Source: Kangiella sp.
GTDB lineage: Bacteria > Pseudomonadota > Gammaproteobacteria > Enterobacterales > Kangiellaceae
Length of the DNA stretch: 64,000 bases
Direction: 5' to 3'
Assembly: GCA_048266925.1 (NCBI GenBank)
Contig: JBLWYL010000001.1
Location: 537,235 to 601,234 of the forward strand
The notes below the pieces were generated by a model. That model did not search any database, was not told the DNA's origin, and saw nothing but the letters and a program-made list of their open reading frames with translations. The position numbers were made by a program, and so were the translations under genes. This document shows, piece after piece, positions 18,216-27,192 of this stretch. Position 1 is the first letter of the stretch. Each line of letters begins with the position of its first letter.

Positions 18216-20385
18216 AATACAATCCTAGTTGTTCTAATTGCTTCTCAACTTGCAGCTTATTGTCAGCCAAAAGTAAAAAATCATTCACTCTTTCCATTTC
18301 AGCAGATATTAGTTTTTTTGACGCTGGTTGCTCAAAGTCAGAATTAGGCAATACTATAAAATCGTAGATAATGGCTTTTCTTTTGTTGGGGAATCGTCTT
18401 AAAACCCTACCCCTCCTTTGAACGTATTGCCGAGGGTTTCTAGTGCTAGAAAGTATTACAGCAGTTTGACATGCGGGAACATCAATACCTTCATCTAAAA
18501 CTTTCATAGCTACTAAAGCGTTAATGGCTTTATCTTTAAATGCTTCCATTACGTTTTTACGTTCAGCACTATTTATTGCGCTAGTAAATTGAGAAGTCTT
18601 CCATCCATTCTTATAAAGTATATCAGAAACTTGATCTATTACCTTACAATCATGTGAATCTTCATTCTGTTGAAATGGCTTCCCTTCTCCTGCATAAAAT
18701 AAAGTTAAGTTTCGCATTGACTCAGGAATCATAGCGCTTAGTTTATCCAACTTTTTTAATTTGTCAGAAGCCGAACCGAGCAGCCTACTTCGTTGACCAC
18801 AAAAAATAGTTAACTTCTCTTTGTCATCTTTACTTAGATGGCCACCGGATTTAGTAATAATTGAAGAGATTTTTTCCGATAATTCTTCAAAAGACTTCTG
18901 CTCTTCATCGTTTAGATAAACAGGAACCAAATGGTAATCATAAGGTGTTAATATTTCGTCATGAATTGCATCACCAAGTCCATACTCAGCGACAATGTCA
19001 CCGTAGTATGAGAGCAAATTCTCTCTAGATACATTAGGAAACATAGAATCAATTTCATCATCGTCACTCCTAAAAGGAGTTGCTGATAATCCCATTCTAA
19101 AATCTGAAAGTGGTAATAAGCTATTTACCTTATTTGAGCCGTGATTGTGGCACTCGTCACCAACAAACATCATGCTTTTAGGATTTACTAAAGATAATAC
19201 CTGTTGAAAATCATTTGAAACCAGAGTTCTATTTACCACTACCAAGCAAATGAAGTCTTTTATGCCAGCATTAAATGTTGCGATAGACTCTTTAATATTT
19301 GGCAACCAGCTATTTTTCGTGTTGTAACACTTGTGAGAGCTTATTCCAAAATTCAATAAGTTTTCAACCCATTGAGTTGCAAGCTCAATGTATGGAACAG
19401 CAATAACTAAACACAAACCTCTATTTTGGGTTTTAAGTGTTTCATATACTTTGACAGCACCATATATGGATGTAATGGTTTTACCAGAACCTGTTGCTAA
19501 TTTAAGGATTCCTTTGTAACCATTAGCTCTCCATTTATTTAAAGCCAATTTTTGATGGTCTTTAATTTTAAATTTATAACCATTTAAAAAAAACGGAATG
19601 TGAGGAGTACTTATTGAATTTGTGTTTGATTGCTCTGCCTCATGTTGTGTTATTAGTTCTTCAATTTTTTCAATGTCATGTAAAGATAACTTCTGAAGTT
19701 TAGGTGAACTTTCTACGTACTTAGATACTTCTGAATAAAAATCAGAACCAATATCGACCACAAACGTATTCTTTTGTTCGCTCTTCCAAAGTTTTTCAAA
19801 CCCTTGTTGATAGACATCACCATATGCTTCAAACAGCTCAGGCTCCCAACTTTTATAAACACTTATTGATTCAGCATTAAGATGTTCAAACATTCCTGAG
19901 GGGGTTTCATTAGCCGAGCCTTGAAAGACCACAACATCTCCATGGGAGTCATGAATGATGCCAATTTTTTCGTGGTACATACCTGCCCTTCTAAAAGCAA
20001 ACTTAATTTCTAAACGACCCGAAGCTATTAAGATGGCTAAGAGTTCTAGTCTTTGAGATACAACGTCCTTATCATTTTGTATCCAGCCTAATAAAGTATT
20101 CGTGTATTGATCTGATAACTCAGCAGGAGAACTAACGGCACAGCGAATTGCTTCAAACTCATCTTGCTCTAATGGATGCCCAATTATCAATCGCATTGTT
20201 CCTTTGGACTTAATTATTGAACTTAACCCACGGAGGTTTGCAGCTAGGATTTTTGAAGAAAAAAAGCCTACGGCACGATCGTAATTTATAGCTCTGGATA
20301 AAACTGGTTGATAGAAATCTTTAAAAAGATCGTCATCTCCTGTCCTATACACATGTTTCAGCTTTAATTCAGATAAGTTGCTCAT
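18205..20385 (-). CDS. pbeA: PLD-nuclease/SF2 helicase fusion (PbeA-like, phosphorothioation-system restriction enzyme type)
   Basis: N-terminal HEKIGIIHD...FQGSANET (PLD-like HxK/GSxN), Walker A LATGSGKT, DECH, SAT, LDEGIDVP, QRRGRVLR. Confidence 0.78.
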   Translation of the reverse strand: MSNLSELKLKHVYRTGDDDLFKDFYQPVLSRAINYDRAVGFFSSKILAANLRGLSSIIKSKGTMRLIIGHPLEQDEFEAIRCAVSSPAELSDQYTNTLLGWIQNDKDVVSQRLELLAILIASGRLEIKFAFRRAGMYHEKIGIIHDSHGDVVVFQGSANETPSGMFEHLNAESISVYKSWEPELFEAYGDVYQQGFEKLWKSEQKNTFVVDIGSDFYSEVSKYVESSPKLQKLSLHDIEKIEELITQHEAEQSNTNSISTPHIPFFLNGYKFKIKDHQKLALNKWRANGYKGILKLATGSGKTITSIYGAVKVYETLKTQNRGLCLVIAVPYIELATQWVENLLNFGISSHKCYNTKNSWLPNIKESIATFNAGIKDFICLVVVNRTLVSNDFQQVLSLVNPKSMMFVGDECHNHGSNKVNSLLPLSDFRMGLSATPFRSDDDEIDSMFPNVSRENLLSYYGDIVAEYGLGDAIHDEILTPYDYHLVPVYLNDEEQKSFEELSEKISSIITKSGGHLSKDDKEKLTIFCGQRSRLLGSASDKLKKLDKLSAMIPESMRNLTLFYAGEGKPFQQNEDSHDCKVIDQVSDILYKNGWKTSQFTSAINSAERKNVMEAFKDKAINALVAMKVLDEGIDVPACQTAVILSSTRNPRQYVQRRGRVLRRFPNKRKAIIYDFIVLPNSDFEQPASKKLISAEMERVNDFLLLADNKLQVEKQLEQLGLYYDI

Positions 20386-20402
20386 AACTTTATATTTTTT
20401 CT

Positions 20403-21287
20403 TTATAAACTACATATCAAACAAGACTGGTCTTCTGGGTCTTCATCTTCTTCGTTATATCGAAGCTCATCTTGCCATCTTTTATATTGTTTGGCTTTAA
20501 AAGTTCGGCCTTCTTTTTCTGCTTTTTCTGCTCTAGCTATTAACTCGTCAAGTGAACCCTGAGTGCTCCAGGTATACTCCCCATCTCCAACAGCTATTAA
20601 CCCCTCACCATATTGCCATTTTTTTCTAGAGCGGCCTTCAAAAGCTTTTGCTTTTTCATATAACTCTGGGTGGTTTCTTTTTAAGCCCAGCCATTCATCT
20701 TGTCTTTGGAAGAAGCAAAAATAACAACCGGACCTGCTTCTCCATTTATAGTATTCAGGTATTCCTACGCTATCCTCTAAAATTTGGAAAATGTCATCTC
20801 TGACTAAACCGTCATCTATGAAAGGATAAACAGCATCTACATCTTCGATGGTGTAATAATTTGGTTTTTTACCAACACCAGTATTCAAACCCTCACGAAA
20901 CTCATCGGCTCTGATACCAATATAACTAATTGCTGCTGTACCTTTTACAAAATCAACAAAAGGTTTGATTTTCATAACCCTTGTACACCAACGCTGACGT
21001 ACAGATGGCAGATAGTCGTTGTGGACCTTTAACCAGTGCTCGAAGTCTTCCCCAGAAGCAAGTCTATTAATTTCCTTACCAAGATAGGCTTCCATTTTAT
21101 CTAAAAACTCATAGACTTCTGGCAGCTCTGCACCAGTATCAGAGAAGAAATACTCCATTTTGGAGTGTAAATCTGGATAATGATTTTTAATATAGATTGC
21201 AAGTGCAGCACTATCCTTTCCCCCCGATAGTCCCAACACATGCCTAACATTTTCTTTTTTGGCTACTTCAGCAAAGTGTTCAGACAC
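20403..21287 (-). CDS. sspD: PAPS-reductase-fold ATP pyrophosphatase (SspD-like)
   Basis: PP-loop LSGGKDS, RWCT, SRSGCYFCFFQ and C-terminal CLIC Cys motifs; follows DUF4007 and the large ATPase. Confidence 0.75.
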   Translation of the reverse strand: MSEHFAEVAKKENVRHVLGLSGGKDSAALAIYIKNHYPDLHSKMEYFFSDTGAELPEVYEFLDKMEAYLGKEINRLASGEDFEHWLKVHNDYLPSVRQRWCTRVMKIKPFVDFVKGTAAISYIGIRADEFREGLNTGVGKKPNYYTIEDVDAVYPFIDDGLVRDDIFQILEDSVGIPEYYKWRSRSGCYFCFFQRQDEWLGLKRNHPELYEKAKAFEGRSRKKWQYGEGLIAVGDGEYTWSTQGSLDELIARAEKAEKEGRTFKAKQYKRWQDELRYNEEDEDPEDQSCLICSL

Positions 21288-24200
21288 TTAAGCCTCCTTG
21301 TTTTTAGAAACCATTACTTGACTTTGTTTTAATTTATTAGACTCTTTATACTCACTTAAAAAGTCATTTACAAGCTCAGCGACAACCGCAAGCTGCATCT
21401 CTTTATCATCGAGTTCTCTTAATTCTTCAAATATCTTATCTTTTGTCTTATGTATAGCTTGCGAACAATCTTTATTAATAGTCGCAACCTCATCTAACTC
21501 ACCCTGCCCTTTCTTGATGCTTCGTAACAGAATAACTTCAAAATCTTCCTTACCTGACTTGTTATTTATGTTGTGTTGCAGCCAGAGTTTGTGCAGGTCA
21601 TTAACCTGATTAGCATATTGTGCAAGACGATACTCAGCTTGACTTTGATCTGCATCTGACCATTTATCTATAGGTTTGTGTCCTAAGAATACGAACAGAC
21701 TTTCTAACCAGTTTTGGTCTGAATCAGAACGTTTTGCTAGACGCTTAAGGAATGCTTTTACTCCAGCAACATCAACTGTAAAGTCTTCTAAACCCGAGAC
21801 CTTCCCTGAAATATCAGCCCTTAACTCCTTCATTGATGAGAATTTATTGAAGCCTAAAGCATTAGCAAGTAAGCCAACTTCTCTGTCTTTTAATTTGTCG
21901 CAGGCGTATTTAAGCTCTCTAAAAACCTCCATGATTTTGTCGGTGAACCCATCAAAGTTTGTTTTAGCATCATCAACCTTATAGCTTAGTGCTTTTGGAA
22001 GTTCTTCGAAAAGCAACTTAATAGGAGATTTTGAAAGGTTAAAAGCTGTTCTAACAGCTATTGCTTCTTTGGAAAGTTGCTTAGTTTTCTTAGTGTAATC
22101 AGGTAGCTCTGCCATAAACTTAGCTAAAGGTTTGACTATGTCCAGAACAGTGCGTACTTCACCAGATTGTTTTTTACCATCTTCTGAATCGAAAAGACCC
22201 AAATTAAGCTCTGAGAAGATACTCTTCTTTACACCTTCAATTTTAAAGTATTGGATTTCAAACTCATCAGGCCTTTTTACAAAGCGCTCTATTTGATCAG
22301 CTCCTAAAGATGGAACAAAGCGCCTATTTTCATATATGGCTATTTCGTCTTTGTAAACAAGGCAAGCTGAAATGTAAAGTATGGGAAGTAAACCAGCTTT
22401 AACTCCGAATGGTGGCGCGACAAGGACTCTATCAAGTTCACCAAAAGACTTAGATTGTTTTTCTGTACTTTCAATAAACTCTTTGATTACCGTCCAGACT
22501 TTATGGAACTGTGTTTTCTTATGCTTTCTCCCATCAAGAGAGGGTTCGGTGAGCATCCATCCGCCTTTATAGTCCAGCGAGTGCAGACCTGAAGCCTTTA
22601 TCAATGAATTATATATTGCTTTTTCAGGTGGGTTCTTCTCTATCCCCAAATCCTTCAAATCGCTATGTGCTAGCATTGCTTGAAGCAACTTTCCTCGTGC
22701 AGCAACCGCCTGACTAGAAGGCTTATCCCTATTAATTAATTCATTATGAATTACTGGTGATGCGTGATATACGTTGTTAAGTACATTTGATAGCTGCTCC
22801 TGGAATTGGCGACGATTTCTAACTTGTAGCTTCTCCCCACTCCAATACCATTCAGATGACTCTGGAGAATCAATTAACTCTCTAAGGATCAGTTGCTCGG
22901 TTCTTTCTGCTGAATCCAATCGATCTTGATATTCACGCATTGCAACGGGATCTGAGTTAAGCTCCTGTTTGTTTATTCGTACTTTGTCTAAAGCTTCAAC
23001 CTCTGCAACGGCCTCTCTAAGAGATTCAGCATTTTTGCATATTGCAACAATATCTAGATCACCAAAGTAATTACGGACATGGGTTTCAAATAATGACTCA
23101 TCATCCTTACCCAAAGATAAGTAGAATAAAGCCCTAGGTTTATCATCATTCACATAAAGCTGCTTATAACTTTGCGCATCAATAAAGACAGGCATGAAGT
23201 ATCTAAGCGCTCCGCTTTCTATGGTGTAGCGTCTTGCTACAAGTGGCAAGAAATTTGCTCGTTCATTCAGTATTTCTGATAAAGAGAACTGACCTAAGTT
23301 AGACAATTCCTCTTGAAGAGATAGCTCTACATCAAAATCGCTACCCTGCCATACACGGTATTCTGAGCTAAACTTTCTAAATTGAACTACGGAGTGTTTC
23401 TCTAACGTTGCTATCGCGCTACTTAGCTTTGTTGTAGTTAAACACCCCAAGATTTCCTTTGATGCTTTTAAACCACCATGAGCACCAATGATATTTAATA
23501 AACCAATAGTTTTAAGTAAAGACATTTCTTCAACTGAAACATCCCCAACTCGTTCTATAGCTGTAATTACCTCAACCCACCTTCTATGTGTCAAATGGTC
23601 GCCAATTGATGCGGGTTGATTCATAATAAAGTAATCAAATATATGATGTGGCATCACATATTCGTCTACTGAATTGAAATCTTTTATTAAGCTCTTTAAT
23701 CCATTAGGTTCATGACTACCTAAAAAGCTAAATAGGGTTCTTTCATTCTGTGCAACTTTCTGACACAACATTGGCAGAAGCAATGCTGAAACTGGGTGCA
23801 ATGGATAACAACCTGAAAATAGGTCTACCGCACTATTTATGTCTAGTACTCCTGGTAATGCAGACTCTTTTTCTAAAACTTTAACAATGCTCTTTACCGA
23901 ACTATTTTTCGACTTAATTTCTTTGGTGCTAAATTTATGTTTAAAAGCCCGACTAACGACTCTTAATGTTTGTTCCGGCCCTTCTAAGAAAGGAATATCT
24001 TCAAATCGTCCTTGAATTTTGGCCCACTCTTTTTTTAATGACTCCCCTAAACCTTTTGCATATTGCTCAAATGACTGATGAAGCATGGCAAATAAATACA
24101 AATTAACTTTATTCTTACTGCAGGCGTGTTCAGCAAGAATTTGTAAAAGAAATATATCATTGACGCCATAATGTCTTGCTTCATACTCTAAAAACTTACC

Positions 24201-24782
24201 CAGCTCGTCAATTACAAGCAAAATGCCACTAGACTTTCCATCAAGCAGTCTTTGTAATTCTTTAATATAACCAAGTATTTCATTTGGGCTAACTTCTTGT
24301 TTATTGGTAGCTTTAGACAGCTCTTTTAAAAGCTTGGGCTTACGTGAGCTTGATTTCCAATAGAGATCTGCGGCGCTATGAAGACTTTGAACAAGTCTCT
24401 TTGAAAGAGGCTCCGGAGCACCGCTTAGCAATATCTTAAAAAAGCCTCTGGTCTTTTGATTTTCTCTTTTAAAGGCCGAAAGTAATTTTTTTTCTGAAGA
24501 CAAAACACTGTATGCAGCTTTGGTTGGAATTGAGCTGGGCTCTCCCACCAAGTGATTCAAGAAAATAGAGAAGGATGACTTGCCTGAACCATAAGGGCCA
24601 ATTAGTGACCAAGCTCTAGGTGCTTGCCTTTCTCCAAAAGCATCTACCACACGTTCTAATGTTCTTAGCGCTCTTGAGGTAGGGATATACGATTTAACAA
24701 CATCTGCTGAAGTTGCATCACGTTCAATATTAACTGAACGAGTGTAATGAGTATTCAATTCCACCTTTTCAATAATACTCAT
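21288..24782 (-). CDS. sspC: Large P-loop ATPase (SspC/BrxC-like)
   Basis: N-terminal YTRSVNIERD, Walker A GPYGSGKSS, Walker B LLVIDELGK, YPLHP; 4-nt overlap with the upstream gene. Confidence 0.75.
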   Translation of the reverse strand: MSIIEKVELNTHYTRSVNIERDATSADVVKSYIPTSRALRTLERVVDAFGERQAPRAWSLIGPYGSGKSSFSIFLNHLVGEPSSIPTKAAYSVLSSEKKLLSAFKRENQKTRGFFKILLSGAPEPLSKRLVQSLHSAADLYWKSSSRKPKLLKELSKATNKQEVSPNEILGYIKELQRLLDGKSSGILLVIDELGKFLEYEARHYGVNDIFLLQILAEHACSKNKVNLYLFAMLHQSFEQYAKGLGESLKKEWAKIQGRFEDIPFLEGPEQTLRVVSRAFKHKFSTKEIKSKNSSVKSIVKVLEKESALPGVLDINSAVDLFSGCYPLHPVSALLLPMLCQKVAQNERTLFSFLGSHEPNGLKSLIKDFNSVDEYVMPHHIFDYFIMNQPASIGDHLTHRRWVEVITAIERVGDVSVEEMSLLKTIGLLNIIGAHGGLKASKEILGCLTTTKLSSAIATLEKHSVVQFRKFSSEYRVWQGSDFDVELSLQEELSNLGQFSLSEILNERANFLPLVARRYTIESGALRYFMPVFIDAQSYKQLYVNDDKPRALFYLSLGKDDESLFETHVRNYFGDLDIVAICKNAESLREAVAEVEALDKVRINKQELNSDPVAMREYQDRLDSAERTEQLILRELIDSPESSEWYWSGEKLQVRNRRQFQEQLSNVLNNVYHASPVIHNELINRDKPSSQAVAARGKLLQAMLAHSDLKDLGIEKNPPEKAIYNSLIKASGLHSLDYKGGWMLTEPSLDGRKHKKTQFHKVWTVIKEFIESTEKQSKSFGELDRVLVAPPFGVKAGLLPILYISACLVYKDEIAIYENRRFVPSLGADQIERFVKRPDEFEIQYFKIEGVKKSIFSELNLGLFDSEDGKKQSGEVRTVLDIVKPLAKFMAELPDYTKKTKQLSKEAIAVRTAFNLSKSPIKLLFEELPKALSYKVDDAKTNFDGFTDKIMEVFRELKYACDKLKDREVGLLANALGFNKFSSMKELRADISGKVSGLEDFTVDVAGVKAFLKRLAKRSDSDQNWLESLFVFLGHKPIDKWSDADQSQAEYRLAQYANQVNDLHKLWLQHNINNKSGKEDFEVILLRSIKKGQGELDEVATINKDCSQAIHKTKDKIFEELRELDDKEMQLAVVAELVNDFLSEYKESNKLKQSQVMVSKNKEA

Positions 24783-25702
24783 GCTGCAACTCCTTTTACT
24801 GAACCCTTATAATGTTTAGCAATAAATTCTGAAGGACAAAGTTTATCATCAAGAATATAGACTTGATGTATTCCAGCTGTTTCGCGGATAGTAAGCTTGT
24901 TGGGGATGTAATTCACTAACTGCTCTAACTTTGTAACCAGTTCATTCTCGGTCATACGAAAAATAGCTCCAGGAGCAACATAAACATCTTTGGCATACAT
25001 TAAGTCTTCAATTGGTATTGAAGAAGTGCCTCTATTTATCATCAATGAAGTCACTGCATAACCAATCACACCTAATGGCAAATAACTTCTTTCATCTGGT
25101 TTAGAAATGTAATGTTTTGACGTTGAGCCAAGTTGAATCAACCTGAGTAAACTTAAAGGTGAGTCAAGTGCTTCTTCTATTGGTGCCTTGGTGTTTGCTT
25201 TAGATGGTGTATACATTCTAAGAACTAGCTGTGCATCATTCTTAACAGTTGTTGCACTTACTTTTGTTTCAATTTGATCCTTCACGTAATCACTCAAGGC
25301 CGTCTGCACCTCTTGAGAAGTAAATTCTGCTTTGTGGAATTTATTAAAGAACCAAAAGATTGAAGTAGCTTTTGACGGATTAGAAGCTAGTAGCCAATGT
25401 AATAACCAAATAGTAGCTTCATCTTCAAGATAAGGATCAACTCCATCATTATTATCAAAGATGAAGCTACCAATAGTGGTTGGTGTTGAAGATTTATCAT
25501 CGATGATTTGACATGCTGTAAGCCAATATTTAATAGCATTGACCATATTTCTACCGACACCCAGCTCAACGGTAGCTTCGTCTTTCTTAAATATGTCGGG
25601 GTCAGCTGTAAAAGCATTGTAACCTTTCGTTAACCAACCATACCGCAAAGCAAACGACTCATGTCTACCGAACGCAACTTCATTCTTTATTAGCTTCATC
25701 AC
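24779..25702 (-). CDS. sspB: DUF4007 family protein (SspB-like)
   Basis: FGRHESFALRYGWLTKG, LGVGRNMVNAIKYW and DPYLEDEATIWLLHWLLAS, all characteristic of DUF4007. Confidence 0.8.
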   Translation of the reverse strand: MMKLIKNEVAFGRHESFALRYGWLTKGYNAFTADPDIFKKDEATVELGVGRNMVNAIKYWLTACQIIDDKSSTPTTIGSFIFDNNDGVDPYLEDEATIWLLHWLLASNPSKATSIFWFFNKFHKAEFTSQEVQTALSDYVKDQIETKVSATTVKNDAQLVLRMYTPSKANTKAPIEEALDSPLSLLRLIQLGSTSKHYISKPDERSYLPLGVIGYAVTSLMINRGTSSIPIEDLMYAKDVYVAPGAIFRMTENELVTKLEQLVNYIPNKLTIRETAGIHQVYILDDKLCPSEFIAKHYKGSVKGVAA

Positions 25703-25885
25703 TTATGCTCTTTTTTCTGGGACTTCCAAGTCAAAAGAAAGCTGGTCTTTATTAAGCAGCTCTTGAGCTTGCTGTAAAAACCAGTCCTTCATATTTACAC
25801 CATCTTGTTTAAGTGCTTGATATAATTGTTTTTTTAATACTGGATCTATTTCTACAACTATACGACCACTATTTCCAACACTCAT
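25703..25885 (-). CDS. Small ribbon-helix-helix-like DNA-binding protein
   Basis: SGRIVVEIDPVLKKQLYQAL...MKDWFLQQAQELL (strand-helix-helix pattern); first gene of the operon, with its stop abutting the next start. Confidence 0.6.
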   Translation of the reverse strand: MSVGNSGRIVVEIDPVLKKQLYQALKQDGVNMKDWFLQQAQELLNKDQLSFDLEVPEKRA

Positions 25886-25901
25886 AAAACGCACCCTGAT
25901 C

Positions 25902-25931
25902 TATGTTACATAACAAGAAGAATGTAACATA
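25902..25931. promoter_or_regulatory. Inverted-repeat operator TATGTTACAT-N10-ATGTAACATA
   Basis: Perfect 10-bp inverted repeat directly upstream of the first operon gene. Confidence 0.65.
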
Positions 25932-26089
25932 AATTTATTAGGCTGCATAATACGCATTATGCATAGATTGACGACAGAATATGTCACCAATTGTTGATGA
26001 CATCAACACGGGTTTCGTTGTTAGGTCCCATTAAAGCCCATGTAAGAAATAGAGTATAGAAAGAAGTTAAAAAGATATATTCCAGGCAC

Positions 26090-26118
26090 AAAAAAAGACG
26101 CTGGTTAGCGTCTTTTTT
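26090..26118. terminator. Intrinsic terminator downstream of tRNA-Ser
   Basis: A7-GACGCT-GGTT-AGCGTC-T6. Confidence 0.85.
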
Positions 26119-26124
26119 GAGATA

Positions 26125-26215
26125 TGGCGGAGAGGGTGGGATTTGAACCCACGGTGGGCTACAAACCCACGCCGGTTTTCAAGACCGGTGCATTCAGCCG
26201 CTCTGCCACCTCTCC
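26125..26215 (-). tRNA. tRNA-Ser(TGA)
   Basis: GGAGAGGTGGCAGAG...GGTCTTGAAAACC..., long variable arm, ...CCTCTCCGCCA. Confidence 0.97.
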
Positions 26216-26357
26216 GAATTGCGCGAAATAATACCGTATGAAGTTTCCTTATGGAAGCCTTTTTAGTAAAAAATTCGCTGTTTTTACTGTTATTTTCAAT
26301 AACCGGTCAGTTTTGATTACTATTTAATCTAAACTGTATCTAACTTTGGTTATGAAT

Positions 26358-26434
26358 TGGTCGGAGCGAGAGGATTTGAACCTCCGACCCCTTGCACCCC
26401 ATGCAAGTGCGCTACCAAGCTGCGCCACGCTCCG
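26358..26434 (-). tRNA. tRNA-Pro(GGG)
   Basis: CGGAGCGTGGCGCAG...TGCATGGGGTGCA...CTCCGACCA; the usual position after ihfA-merR. Confidence 0.97.
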
Positions 26435-26530
26435 ACTAGCATTTTCATTTAGGCAATAAAAAATGCGGTGCCAATAGTACCGCATTTCCTTAATTTTGCA
26501 ATGATTTGTTTAGCTTATTCTCAGCGGGCT

Positions 26531-26881
26531 TTAGGCGGCTAAGAATTGCTTGAGTTTTTCGAGCTCTTCGATTAACTCATCGATTTGCGCTTTGTTGACT
26601 GGAGCGTCTTCGCCGTTGCTTTCGCTGAGGCATTGTCTTGCTCCGCCTATCGTGTAGCCGTGTTCGTATAGTAGCGAACGGATTTGGCGTACGATAAGGA
26701 CGTCGTCGCGTTGGTAGTAACGACGGTTACCACGACGCACCGGATCAAGTTGGTCGAACTCTTGTTCCCAATAGCGTAGGACGTGTGGTTTTACTGCGCA
26801 AAGGTCGCTTACTTCCCCAATAGTAAAGTAGCGTTTGCCGGGGATTGCCGGCAATTCGTTATTGTTGCTCGGTTCCAACAT
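26531..26881 (-). CDS. MerR family transcriptional regulator
   Basis: [25 protein letters not shown]; conserved gene after ihfA. Confidence 0.93.
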   Translation of the reverse strand: MLEPSNNNELPAIPGKRYFTIGEVSDLCAVKPHVLRYWEQEFDQLDPVRRGNRRYYQRDDVLIVRQIRSLLYEHGYTIGGARQCLSESNGEDAPVNKAQIDELIEELEKLKQFLAA

Positions 26882-27161
26882 AGTCGGCGACTTTTCCTCT
26901 TAATTTTTGTCCAGGCTTGAAGGTCACAACGCGTCGCGCGCTGATTGGAACTTCTTCTCCGGTTTTCGGGTTACGTCCAGGCCGTTGTGCCTTGTCCCTG
27001 AGTTCAAAGTTTCCGAAACCGGAAAGTTTGACGTTATATCCATCTTCCAGGGCATCACGGATCTGCTCGAAAAACGCTTCTACGATTTCCTTAGACTCAC
27101 GTTTGTTAAGCCCTAGCTCTTCGTACAAACGTTCTGCCATGTCAGCTTTAGTCAGTGCCAT
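26859..27161 (-). CDS. ihfA: Integration host factor alpha
   Basis: [10 protein letters not shown]...VKLSGFGNF...[22 protein letters not shown]. Confidence 0.98.
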   Translation of the reverse strand: MALTKADMAERLYEELGLNKRESKEIVEAFFEQIRDALEDGYNVKLSGFGNFELRDKAQRPGRNPKTGEEVPISARRVVTFKPGQKLRGKVADYVGTEQQ

Positions 27162-27192
27162 AATATATCCCCTTTGATTCCAGTCGAAGCCG

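Noticed and set aside
15988-21287. Canonical DndABCDE system (DndD-like ATPase plus PAPS-reductase as DndC)
   Set aside because: The PAPS-fold protein is short and follows DUF4007 and a large ATPase (Ssp order). There is no DndB or DndE, and the SMC gene lies in a Pbe-like arrangement.
20403-21287. Housekeeping sulfate-assimilation cysH
   Set aside because: It has no cys gene neighbours, sits inside an AT-rich defence operon and has atypical Cys motifs.
20403-25702. BREX type 4
   Set aside because: It shares DUF4007, BrxC-like and PAPS-reductase parts, but no PglZ phosphatase or BrxL is present.
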